62,446 nucleotides of DNA, taken from assembly GCA_021791245.1 (NCBI GenBank), contig JAJYWY010000003.1:1-62446 (forward strand), given 5' to 3'. The notes beneath the pieces are model-generated. The model worked only from the letters and a program-made list of their open reading frames with translations, made no database searches and was not told the origin of the DNA. Shown here one piece after another: positions 1 through 8,815 of the stretch. The position numbers were made by a program, and so were the translations under genes. Position 1 is the stretch's first letter. Each line of letters starts with the position of its first letter. This DNA is from Candidatus Micrarchaeota archaeon (GTDB lineage Archaea; Micrarchaeota; Micrarchaeia; Micrarchaeales; CABMGC01).

Positions 1-549
1 GATTGCCACCAATTCTTCATTCGAATACTTCAATATGTTGTTTAATGCGCCTGCTTTGAACCCTTCTCTCTTTGCCCTATGGGTAAATATTATACCATTC
101 TTCTCCGAAAATTTCCTAAGTTCTTCGGTTATCTCCGGGTTTGTGGAATCTTCAGCAAGATAGAACCTTATCTTGTTTTTCGGGTATTCTAGCGTTTTTA
201 GCCTGATCAGGTTTTTCTTTACCATATTTGCATCTTCATTGTAGGATGGAACTACAACAGCAACAGTAGGCAATCTCTTAAGGGGCATAAGATTCTTCTC
301 TATCCCATTAAGGTATTTCCAGTAGAAATAGGATTTGTAGTACCATATTGCGGATTGTATATTGAAGAAGCCAGCTACAATAGAGAGTGCTAAAAACACC
401 ACGGCGATTGCAAATGTGTATGCGCTGTTTGATACGTAGAAAAGATATGCATCAAATCCAAAGCTGGCAATAGACAGCATTATGAATATAAGCATTGTGA
501 AGAGCCTTATCCCGTGTTCTCTGTTCAAAAATAGCTTAACATCAGGCAT
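1..549 (-). CDS. Glycosyltransferase family 2 (cellulose-synthase-like), 5' part; runs off the window edge
   Basis: Manual translation from ATG at 549: two TM segments, then PTVAVVVPSYNE...YLAEDS...HRAKREGFKAGALN, typical GT2 motifs. Confidence 0.85.
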   Translation of the reverse strand, partial: MPDVKLFLNREHGIRLFTMLIFIMLSIASFGFDAYLFYVSNSAYTFAIAVVFLALSIVAGFFNIQSAIWYYKSYFYWKYLNGIEKNLMPLKRLPTVAVVVPSYNEDANMVKKNLIRLKTLEYPKNKIRFYLAEDSTNPEITEELRKFSEKNGIIFTHRAKREGFKAGALNNILKYSNEELVAI

Positions 550-624
550 TATATCAGCAACATATAAACATACGTTTTTAATCTGTCGCCAACTAATAAA
601 AAGATTACTAAGCGCCGGAGGTTT

Positions 625-762
625 GCCGGGGTGGCAGAATCAGGTAATGCGCCAGCACGCAAGTGGCGAAACTCGAGATCTGGTTGCCCGGAAGGGCATT
701 CTGGGTTCAAATAAGTTTCCTGGTGATAAAATCGGGAAGTTTGGGAAATCCCAGCTCCGGCG
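625..762 (+). tRNA. tRNA-Ser(CGA) with two non-canonical introns (656-670 and ~712-748)
   Basis: Acceptor GCCGGGG/CTCCGGC. After intron removal: anticodon arm CCAGA-CTCGAGA-TCTGG, long variable arm TGCCC-GGAA-GGGCA, T arm CTGGG-TTCAAAT-CCCAG, discriminator G. Confidence 0.9.
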
Positions 763-785
763 TTTACTTTCAATCGGCGGCATCA

Positions 786-2036
786 TTAAATGTTTAGTTC
801 CTGGGCTATGTCGCTTATCTCGATGCTTTTATTTTTTGTGATCTCCCTAATAAAAATAGTTGCATAAGAGCCTGCTGGCAGCGAGAACGACATTTTCACA
901 AGCTTGTCTTCAGTTTCACATCTGATATCATTGACCTTTGATAGGCATGCCCTGAAAGCGCCTTTCATGCTTAATTCAGGGATACCCTTTATCTTAAATG
1001 CATCTTTTGTTATACCAATAGCATCAAGAAGCTCTTTTTCCCTATCTGTAATAGTTCCATCATCTGTCTCATAGCCTATAAGAGGCAGGACAGGAATCCC
1101 TTTCTTCTCTGCTGATACAGAACCCATATCCTGAAATCCGTACGAATTTTCTCCACACCATATTTTTATTCCGTAGAATTCGTTCTTTATCATGTATTCC
1201 AGCGACGCATTGAAGATTGCATCCTCAACAGAATGTATAAACATGAGCGTTAGACCCCTTGGAAGCATGCGCAGGGCATTAGCAAAGTTATCCGGGTATC
1301 TTGCAAGATAATCTATAACCTGCCTCTCATACCTGAGATATTTAGGGAAGTAGCCCCTTGCAGCGGAAAAGTCCATGTTGTCTAGAAGACGCCCCCTGGC
1401 TTCAACTGCTTCAGCATCTCTTTCATTCTTGGTGTCGGTCAGAAAGCTAATTGCAGCCTCTTTGTATTCCCCTTTTAGGAGGTGCAGCCCTATTGAAACA
1501 TTATTCTGCCTGATTCCGAACCTCTGTGCGTCGAAGTAATTTGGCATGCTCCCTCCCAGTGCATCAATCGTCTTATGTGCCGCTTCTGGATCTTCTGCAT
1601 CCGTTATAACTATCTTGAAATGGTTTCCAATGAGTGATCCAAGCCTTACCTGCTCATTGGACAGCCATGCGCAGTTTATGCGGATATCACGTATCGCCAC
1701 TTTATTCAGATCCTCTGGCTTTATTCCATATATGCTGGCAAGCTGCGTTGATGTGGAAATCCTGTCCTTCATACCTGCATATGATATGGATTTCCATCCC
1801 CTTCCAAGCCTGTGCGCGATCTCCCTTATTGCTCTAGGCGTATCCCAATTCTTCTTCTCCAGGACAAATCTTGTAAATTTTCCTTCCGGATCCTCAGCCT
1901 CCCCCAATTCCCCAGGCGTGAATCTTCTGCCTATTGAGAGTATTCTGCCCCTTTCAGTTATCTCTTCAACTTCAAAGTCTTCAGAAGAGGCTTTTATAGC
2001 TCCCCCAGTGCCTCTTGTCTTTGATAGCATAATCAT
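786..2036 (-). CDS. truD: tRNA pseudouridine(13) synthase TruD
   Basis: EDFEVEE, YAGMKDR..STQ, GNHFKI, PNYFDAQRFG, FSLPAGSYAT motifs; start trimmed to ATG 2036/2030. Confidence 0.95.
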   Translation of the reverse strand: MIMLSKTRGTGGAIKASSEDFEVEEITERGRILSIGRRFTPGELGEAEDPEGKFTRFVLEKKNWDTPRAIREIAHRLGRGWKSISYAGMKDRISTSTQLASIYGIKPEDLNKVAIRDIRINCAWLSNEQVRLGSLIGNHFKIVITDAEDPEAAHKTIDALGGSMPNYFDAQRFGIRQNNVSIGLHLLKGEYKEAAISFLTDTKNERDAEAVEARGRLLDNMDFSAARGYFPKYLRYERQVIDYLARYPDNFANALRMLPRGLTLMFIHSVEDAIFNASLEYMIKNEFYGIKIWCGENSYGFQDMGSVSAEKKGIPVLPLIGYETDDGTITDREKELLDAIGITKDAFKIKGIPELSMKGAFRACLSKVNDIRCETEDKLVKMSFSLPAGSYATIFIREITKNKSIEISDIAQELNI

Positions 2037-2106
2037 AAAAATCCAAGGATATGATGAATGGATAGAGATATATATTATAAAGGCGATGATTATTGCTGTG
2101 ATATTT

Positions 2107-2526
2107 TTGGCAACAGATGCGGAATATGAAAAGCTCATTGATAGCGCATTTAAGAGCATGCCTAACCTGAGCGAGGAGAACATAGATTTTAGGATACCTG
2201 AGGCGGATTCCATAGTGCAGGGAAGCAAGACATTGCTTAGGAACTTTTCGCAGATAGCAGAGGTTGCAAGAAGGGACAAAAAAGAGCTGATGAACTATCT
2301 TACAAAGGAGCTTGGCGCACACCTAATACTCGATGAGGGAAGGCTCGTGATAAGCGGAAAGGTCAATGCGGAAGAGCTGAATTTAAAAATAAAAAAGTTC
2401 TTTGAAATGTATGTGATATGCAAGGAGTGCAACAAGCCAGATACCCATACCGAATCCGTGGAAAGGGGCTTCGCCACAATAGTGTGCGAGGCTTGCGGCG
2501 CAAGATATTCTGTCAAATATTATTAG
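2107..2526 (+). CDS. eif2b: Translation initiation factor aIF2 beta subunit
   Basis: YEKLIDSAF, NFSQIA..RD, C-terminal zinc ribbon CKECNKPDT...CEACGA; start trimmed to TTG 2107. Confidence 0.95.
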   Translation: MATDAEYEKLIDSAFKSMPNLSEENIDFRIPEADSIVQGSKTLLRNFSQIAEVARRDKKELMNYLTKELGAHLILDEGRLVISGKVNAEELNLKIKKFFEMYVICKECNKPDTHTESVERGFATIVCEACGARYSVKYY

Positions 2527-2533
2527 TGTTTTT

Positions 2534-2827
2534 ATGTTCAGTAAAAAGATTTTAGTTCCCCAGGAAAGCCCTATGCCTAAGGAAGGGGAAATTGTAGGCA
2601 CAGTTGCGAAGAGCCTTGGCGCCGCTAAATTCCTTGTTGACTGCGAGGATAAGAACGAGAGGGTTTGCAGCATACCAGGAAGGCTAAAGAGAAGATTCTG
2701 GATAAAGGAGAAGGACGTAGTTCTTGTCAAGCCATGGGAAGCACAACCAGATAAGAGAGGGGACATCCTATGGAGATACAGCATGATGGACAAAGAAAAA
2801 CTCAGAAGCAAAGGCTTCCTGCATTAA
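2534..2827 (+). CDS. eif1a: Translation initiation factor aIF1A
   Basis: GEIVGTV..SLG, RVCSIPGRLKRRFWIKEKDVVLVKPW, RGDILWRY. Confidence 0.95.
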   Translation: MFSKKILVPQESPMPKEGEIVGTVAKSLGAAKFLVDCEDKNERVCSIPGRLKRRFWIKEKDVVLVKPWEAQPDKRGDILWRYSMMDKEKLRSKGFLH

Positions 2828-2850
2828 TGGCGCTATTTAGCTGCCTTCCC

Positions 2851-3537
2851 TTACATATGCCTTTCAAGCCCGCGCTGTTCTTCTAATTTATTAGATTCTC
2901 TTATTTGCCTTGCAAGATTTCTCTCGGCATCTTTCCTTATGCCCCCTTTTCTCAGCAGTTCTTCCAAACGCCTGCTTATCATCCCCTTTGCCCGCGCATC
3001 AACGAATGTCTCCCTGAGCAGCTTTCCGTATGCCCCTATATCTGGGTGCCAGAATGCCCCCCCAATAATCTTAATGGAAGAAAGTGCGCTGATTGCTTCG
3101 CGCCTTTGCATTTCAGGGGACTTTTTTATAGGATACGGGATAGCCCATAGCTCATCGACCATCTTTCCCTTATTATTGCCATATCCCATGCCCCCCCTAA
3201 TTTTGGAATACTCCTTCTCATTCACCTGATATGCGAGAACTATATAGAAATTGTAATAATCCTTTATCGCCTCTAATTTTCTGCAGTATTTTGTATCCTT
3301 ATTTGTATGCCATTCTATTAGGACCTGCCTGCCTCCTATGAATATCGATGTGACGAAATCAGGAAGGTATGACTTTTCGCTGTGCGCTATCCTGAAATGG
3401 CATGGCTCATACCATGAAGTTATATTCTTCTTTAATAGCATCCCTTTCAGAAGTTCTTCCCTATTGTTCTGGGTCTTTGTATTTTTATCAATAGCGCTAA
3501 GCAAACCCCCATCCGCTCTTTTTTTCTCCCCACGCAT
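2851..3537 (-). CDS. Hypothetical protein with PD-(D/E)XK-like nuclease motif
   Basis: WYEP...SYLPDFVT...VLIEWH pattern. Confidence 0.5.
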   Translation of the reverse strand: MRGEKKRADGGLLSAIDKNTKTQNNREELLKGMLLKKNITSWYEPCHFRIAHSEKSYLPDFVTSIFIGGRQVLIEWHTNKDTKYCRKLEAIKDYYNFYIVLAYQVNEKEYSKIRGGMGYGNNKGKMVDELWAIPYPIKKSPEMQRREAISALSSIKIIGGAFWHPDIGAYGKLLRETFVDARAKGMISRRLEELLRKGGIRKDAERNLARQIRESNKLEEQRGLERHM

Positions 3538-3585
3538 AATTACTAATTGATTAATTCTGCTAAAAGCCTTTTCTACAAACTTTCC

Positions 3586-4347
3586 CTATGATATTATTCT
3601 TGAGATTTCTGCCTTTGCATCCTTAATTATTCCGTATTTATCCATGAAGTAATTAAGTATATTATTCACGTCCCTCGTTACGAATTCTCCGGAGCTTGGG
3701 TGTTTCGATAGTACGGCCTGTCCGAAATCTATGAGGTAAGGGGTTTCTCCATTGCCTATAAGGATATTGTATTCGCTGATATCTGCATGCACCAGCCCGT
3801 TCCCGTAAAGCTTTTTTATGTCGGAAAGTATTGCCCCCAGCACTTTCTCAGGATTCCCCAGCGTTGATCTTTTGAGCAGCGGTGCAGGGGCCCCGTTATT
3901 CTCTATGAATTCCATTGCCAGTATATTCTTGCTGAACGCGTATGGCTTCGGCGCATGGACTCCTGCCTCTTCGGCCATCTTAAGATTTCCGTATTCCTTT
4001 TTGCACCATTCATTTACAACAGCATAAATGCCCTTTTTTATCAATTTGAACCGCGGGTCGCCCGCCATGTACTTGCTCCTCTTTTTGAAGCTTGACGTTT
4101 CCATCTTGAATATCTTTACGGCTACGAAATCCTTCCTTATGGCTGCGCCAGAATCCGCAAGATACACGCTGGATTCTTTTCCATTGCCTATTATAAAATC
4201 TAACTTTTCTATTATCTCCTTTGTAAATAGTTTCCTGAGCGCCAGCATTGTGCGCATGTCAAACACCCCGTCCTCTATCTTCAGCGCTTCCTTGAGCATA
4301 TAGTCATCGCGCGAGGGCCTTTTCCTTTTGCTTACCATGCGTGACAC
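3586..4347 (-). CDS. rio1: RIO1-family atypical serine kinase
   Basis: GKESSVY, AVKIF, W..KEY.NL, LVHADISEYNIL, IDFGQAV. Confidence 0.95.
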   Translation of the reverse strand: MSRMVSKRKRPSRDDYMLKEALKIEDGVFDMRTMLALRKLFTKEIIEKLDFIIGNGKESSVYLADSGAAIRKDFVAVKIFKMETSSFKKRSKYMAGDPRFKLIKKGIYAVVNEWCKKEYGNLKMAEEAGVHAPKPYAFSKNILAMEFIENNGAPAPLLKRSTLGNPEKVLGAILSDIKKLYGNGLVHADISEYNILIGNGETPYLIDFGQAVLSKHPSSGEFVTRDVNNILNYFMDKYGIIKDAKAEISRIIS

Positions 4348-4417
4348 ATAATCGCCATCTATAAATACTGTTTAAACAAATATTATTTACAGTTTCTTTG
4401 CAATTAATACTGGTGCT

Positions 4418-5077
4418 ATGGCTAATATAAAGGTTATAATAGACAGCAGGGAGCGCAATCCTGAGGTAATATCCGGGCTTGAAGGATTAAATGTAGAGCT
4501 AGAGTTCCGCACCATGCCTGTGGGAGACTACATAGTATCTGATAGGATATGCATAGAAAGGAAGACGTATTCAGATTTTGCAGGCTCTATAATCAATTCC
4601 AGAATATTCGACCAGGCGGAAAGGATGAAGGAGAGCTTCGAGAAGCCGATGCTGCTGATAGAGGATGACGGGGAAGGCTTCCGCCTCTCGAAAAACGCCA
4701 TAATCGGCGCGGTAATGAAAATGTATACCGAATACAACATGCAGGTTCTCTTCTCCGGATCTCCGGAAGAAAGTGCATTGATAATCTCAAAGATAGCTGA
4801 GAGGGAACAGGAAGGGAAGGAAAGGGAGCCGAGGCTTGTAGGGATAAAGAAGGCATATACGGACTATGAATGGCAGCTTCTTATATTGTCATCTATGCCT
4901 GGTGTAGGTGCAAAGATAGCAAAGGACATGCTTTCGCAATTTGGAAGCATAAAGCTTGTGGCCAATGCAGGAGTTGATGAGCTCATGAAAGTCGACAATA
5001 TAGGGAGGAAGAAAGCGCACAGAATATACTCTCTCCTCAATGCAGATGCAAAGCAGAACAACTCATATTTATATTGA
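4418..5077 (+). CDS. xpf: ERCC4/XPF endonuclease (nuclease + HhH2, no helicase domain)
   Basis: IIDSRE, VGDYIVS...IERKT..DF..SI, HhH motifs MPGVG and VDNIG. Confidence 0.9.
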   Translation: MANIKVIIDSRERNPEVISGLEGLNVELEFRTMPVGDYIVSDRICIERKTYSDFAGSIINSRIFDQAERMKESFEKPMLLIEDDGEGFRLSKNAIIGAVMKMYTEYNMQVLFSGSPEESALIISKIAEREQEGKEREPRLVGIKKAYTDYEWQLLILSSMPGVGAKIAKDMLSQFGSIKLVANAGVDELMKVDNIGRKKAHRIYSLLNADAKQNNSYLY

Positions 5078-5098
5078 GCACTTCAAATATACCCTCTA

Positions 5099-5743
5099 AT
5101 GGAAATAGTCCACAAATTCTCTGACGCGCTATTCACCGGCGGGGAACAGACAATACTTTCACAGTGCGCAAAGATGATAAGCATAGCTTTGGAGACGAAC
5201 GGCGCGCTGCTGTCGTTCCTGAACGGAGAGGAGGGCATAGGCAGGATAAGGGAGCTGGAAAAGAGGTCGGACAAGGAGAAATTCAGGATATCTAACGCAA
5301 TAACCACAGGAGCAATAGCCCCAAACATTATAGACAAGATACTCGCTCTGCTCGACCAGCAGGATAACATAATAAACTCCATGTACAACCTTGCAAGGGA
5401 AATTAGGAGGTATAAGGTAAAGAGCGCAAGGCTTGAGAAGACGATAATAAACAAGCTTATAGATATAAACGGCCTTGCGGAGTCTGCGCTAAAGGCTCTC
5501 CGCGACATGTACCGCGAAGACGACCTTTACAAGATACGCGACCTTAGGGAGATAGTAGAAGATTTCGAGGAGGCAGGGGACGAGATAAAGGAAGCCCTTC
5601 TGGATTATGCATATTCCGGAAAGGTGAACTTCAAGGACTTTTACCACCTGATGGAGACCGCGCACCGCGCAGATGACATATTAGACTACTGCGAGGACTC
5701 ATCCGACACGCTCATGACGATAATGTCTTCTATAATCTCATAA
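5099..5743 (+). CDS. DUF47/PhoU-like phosphate transport regulator
   Basis: Repeated ELEKRSD / FEEAGDEIK motifs, helical; adjacent to a Pit transporter. Confidence 0.85.
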   Translation: MEIVHKFSDALFTGGEQTILSQCAKMISIALETNGALLSFLNGEEGIGRIRELEKRSDKEKFRISNAITTGAIAPNIIDKILALLDQQDNIINSMYNLAREIRRYKVKSARLEKTIINKLIDINGLAESALKALRDMYREDDLYKIRDLREIVEDFEEAGDEIKEALLDYAYSGKVNFKDFYHLMETAHRADDILDYCEDSSDTLMTIMSSIIS

Positions 5744-6043
5744 GATTCTCCCACGCGTTAAAACGTGGGCTTACAAATGTGATTCAATGAAAACCGCAAA
5801 TATAAGCCCCCATCCATCTGCATTGCATGCAACTGCCGATTCTGCAGTCGTAGAAGGGAATGCGTTTGGAGGCGCGCCTTCTCCTTCTAGAAACAGCCCA
5901 TTTCCGAATATTTGTTGGTTGATGCTATGAAAAAAGATACATGCACGCATGGCTCGCTTCCGCTCCACTTTTCAAATCCTGGGTTTTCCTGCCAGGAAAT
6001 TGCAAACCGTGCAGGCTTCCCTGTGGGGATTAGGTGATGCCAT

Positions 6044-6961
6044 TTGCTTGACTTAATAATATTCTTCCTGTCATTCATCCTCATAGCGCTAGTAGCAGGC
6101 AACAACCTTTCCGCATGCTCTGGCGCGATAATATCTGGTAGGGCGGTATCGAAGAGATTCGGTATACTGTTGACAGTCGCGGGATATATACTCGGGCTTG
6201 TGATGCAAGGGCAGATACTTAAAGGTGGCATCTATGCGCTTCTTCCAAACTCTTCGCCGCTTGCAGTTGCGGTGGCGCTTTCCATAGGGGTAATAGTATT
6301 CATATATTCGCATATTAAGAAAGTGCCGCAGTCATTGTCAATGACCTTTTCGAGCGCAATACTGGGCATCAGCATCGCAAGCGGTTTCAAGACAAACCTG
6401 ACGTTTCTTCTCTCGATGTCTTCATTCTGGGTGCTGGCGCCGATAGTCTCCATAATACTTGTGCTGTTCATGATGAGGATATCAAACCATTTGGTCAACA
6501 AGAGGCACATATGGAAAACAGTAGGCAGGATAAGGCTGCTTTTGATAATCGTCTCATTTTTCACCGCATTCACCCTGGGCGCTAACACCATGGGGCTTCT
6601 CTATTCTTCGCTCCCAAGCAGCGTATACAACCTTCCAATAGCGATATCTGGGATAATAATAGGCAGCTTCCTGCTCAGTGGCAGGGAACTAAAGAGAATA
6701 AGCAGCGACATAATAACGATAAGATACCTTAATTCGCTCAACTCTCAGTTTGCATCCACGCTTATTGTGGAGATTGCAACGCTATTCGGCATCCCGCTAT
6801 CCAACACGCAGATATTCACCACTAGCATATACGGGGCAGGATTAAGCTACAGGAACAGGATAATAAAGAAGAAACCCGCCAAGGAGATAATATATGTATG
6901 GATAGTGATGATACTTGCAAGCATGGCATTGGGATATGTGCTTTTCTCGATCGTATCCTAA
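6044..6961 (+). CDS. Inorganic phosphate transporter (PiT family)
   Basis: GNNLSA and GANTMG signatures, GIPLSNTQ, multiple TM segments. Confidence 0.85.
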   Translation: MLDLIIFFLSFILIALVAGNNLSACSGAIISGRAVSKRFGILLTVAGYILGLVMQGQILKGGIYALLPNSSPLAVAVALSIGVIVFIYSHIKKVPQSLSMTFSSAILGISIASGFKTNLTFLLSMSSFWVLAPIVSIILVLFMMRISNHLVNKRHIWKTVGRIRLLLIIVSFFTAFTLGANTMGLLYSSLPSSVYNLPIAISGIIIGSFLLSGRELKRISSDIITIRYLNSLNSQFASTLIVEIATLFGIPLSNTQIFTTSIYGAGLSYRNRIIKKKPAKEIIYVWIVMILASMALGYVLFSIVS

Positions 6962-7401
6962 TCGCCAGTGCCAAGGTCTGCAACGTACTTGCTTGAATCA
7001 AAATCAAGAGATATGCTTATCTCCTTGGTTATGACAAGCTTCTCCACACTAGCGAAGTCCTTCGCAGTCTCTTCGTCGTTCGAGAATAATATGCATGTTC
7101 CACGCTTCATCCCTGCCCTTTCTATTGCTTCCCTTATGTTAAGCGTATGCGCAATGAACAGCAATGTCTCTTTCTCTATTGTATTCGCCTTCATGCTGCC
7201 TTCCCTCTTTCTCACAAGCGCATTTACATATGCGGGAACAAGCATATCGAGATACTTGTCGTCATACCTTATAAGCAGCACAATCTTGTCATCCGCGCAT
7301 CTTCTTGCAGCATCGTTCAGCAGCTTCTCTATGTCGCCATCGAACCTGAAGATCAGCGCACATGGCTTGCCTGAAATATCAAAGTTCCCTACATCGCCCA
7401 T
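6958..7401 (-). CDS. cgi121: KEOPS complex Cgi121-like subunit
   Basis: KANTIEKETLLFIAHTLNIREAIERAG resembles the Cgi121 core; size fits. Confidence 0.6.
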   Translation of the reverse strand: MGDVGNFDISGKPCALIFRFDGDIEKLLNDAARRCADDKIVLLIRYDDKYLDMLVPAYVNALVRKREGSMKANTIEKETLLFIAHTLNIREAIERAGMKRGTCILFSNDEETAKDFASVEKLVITKEISISLDFDSSKYVADLGTGD

Positions 7402-8810
7402 TATATCATGTCTCTTATTACGCCTATTATCTCGCCTATTATCGCATTCCTGTCTGAATCCTCCTTTATCTTTATGCTCCCTGCGCTCATATGCCCCCCG
7501 CCAGATTCTATTCTATCGCTGAGCTTCGCCACCTTGTCTATCACTTCATTTAGGTCTATCCTGCCCCTGAGCCTTTCTCCTATCCTTATAGAGATATATC
7601 TTGAGAACGTAAGTATAAGTATATTGCCCGATTCTCCCAGCCCGTCTATGTAGTCCGACATCCTGGTAGAAAATCTCCCCGGCAGAGGAAACTTGTTGCT
7701 GCTCCCTTCCCTGAGCGCTGAAAAATCCAATACATAAACATATGATTCCCCGATCATGCGCTTTCTCACAATATTCATCGCATGCCTTATCATCTCCTCC
7801 ATTCTGGCATTTGCATACTCTACCAGCTCATTCGCCTTCCCCTTGTCCGATACTATCTTATGTATATCTATGGGGGTGAGACCGCTTTCGTAGCTAGCGA
7901 AAGCTATTGATTTGTCGCTGGTGAGCAAGTCGAGGAGAGTTGCAAGATCCTTGCCGCAGCCCTGCCCTTTTGCATATATGCTATGGTCTCCGAAGAGCGA
8001 TGCTTCTTTTTCGCAATCGTTGTCTATTTCAGCAATGTATCTGCTGAGCTCGCATGTTAGATATCCTGCGGTATAATTAGAGTCGCCCCCGAAATTCCAC
8101 GGGTTTATGTAATGTTGCATATGTGCAAACTTCAGGCTGCCCCTTGGAGGATGATGCTCAAGCCATATTACGTCTGCAGCATCCTTAATCATCTCGTATC
8201 CTTCGTTGCTCTCCTCTGTAGTGCCGAAGTCTATTATCACAAGCAGCGGTTTTTCCACAGACACTGCCCCCAGCAAAGCGCTCAGGTCTTCAAGCGCGTC
8301 CTCCCTTGAATAGGCAACGCTCCTATGCATCTTCCACTTGATCTTAGAGTTATCCGAAAAACCGATTTTTGCGGAAAAGGACCCTATTGCCTTGTAAAGC
8401 GAATATGCACCGCTCGCTCCATCAGCATCGTTGTGGAACCTCACGAACACCGGAGCAGCGCACATCACCTTTTTAGCTATGACTCTTGCGGCTTCCCTGA
8501 TCTTTTTTCCCATCGAATTTGTAATTGCGTCCAATTTCTCATTTCCGCAATCCTTTATCGCCTTTTTTACGGCTATCTTTACGAAAGCATCGATCAATCC
8601 CGAATAGCCGGGATACGCGGATGTGTCTTCCACCTCAACATTCGTTATCACGCCGTTTTGTATCTGCGCATCTACCAAAGACCCTGCATCGAGTACAAAA
8701 TTGCTCCTCAACTGCATTAGGCTGCATCCTTTTCCCTCGATGCAAAGCAGATAATAAGAGCTGTGCCTCTTGTCCGGCCTCTCATCAATCCCGACTATTA
8801 TCCCTTTCAT
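7401..8810 (-). CDS. RecJ-like DHH/DHHA1 phosphoesterase
   Basis: RFHNDADG, IIDFGT, LEHH, GGGHMSAGS motifs. Confidence 0.85.
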   Translation of the reverse strand: MKGIIVGIDERPDKRHSSYYLLCIEGKGCSLMQLRSNFVLDAGSLVDAQIQNGVITNVEVEDTSAYPGYSGLIDAFVKIAVKKAIKDCGNEKLDAITNSMGKKIREAARVIAKKVMCAAPVFVRFHNDADGASGAYSLYKAIGSFSAKIGFSDNSKIKWKMHRSVAYSREDALEDLSALLGAVSVEKPLLVIIDFGTTEESNEGYEMIKDAADVIWLEHHPPRGSLKFAHMQHYINPWNFGGDSNYTAGYLTCELSRYIAEIDNDCEKEASLFGDHSIYAKGQGCGKDLATLLDLLTSDKSIAFASYESGLTPIDIHKIVSDKGKANELVEYANARMEEMIRHAMNIVRKRMIGESYVYVLDFSALREGSSNKFPLPGRFSTRMSDYIDGLGESGNILILTFSRYISIRIGERLRGRIDLNEVIDKVAKLSDRIESGGGHMSAGSIKIKEDSDRNAIIGEIIGVIRDMI

Positions 8811-8815
8811 TATAT

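Noticed and set aside
482..841. 119-aa and 74-aa ORFs over the tRNA-Ser locus
   Set aside because: They overlap a well-formed tRNA gene and have no protein motifs
1546..2279. Apparent long overlap between the truD and aIF2-beta ORFs
   Set aside because: Artefact of maximal ORF extension; conserved N-termini begin at ~2036 (-) and 2107 (+) around a shared AT-rich divergent promoter
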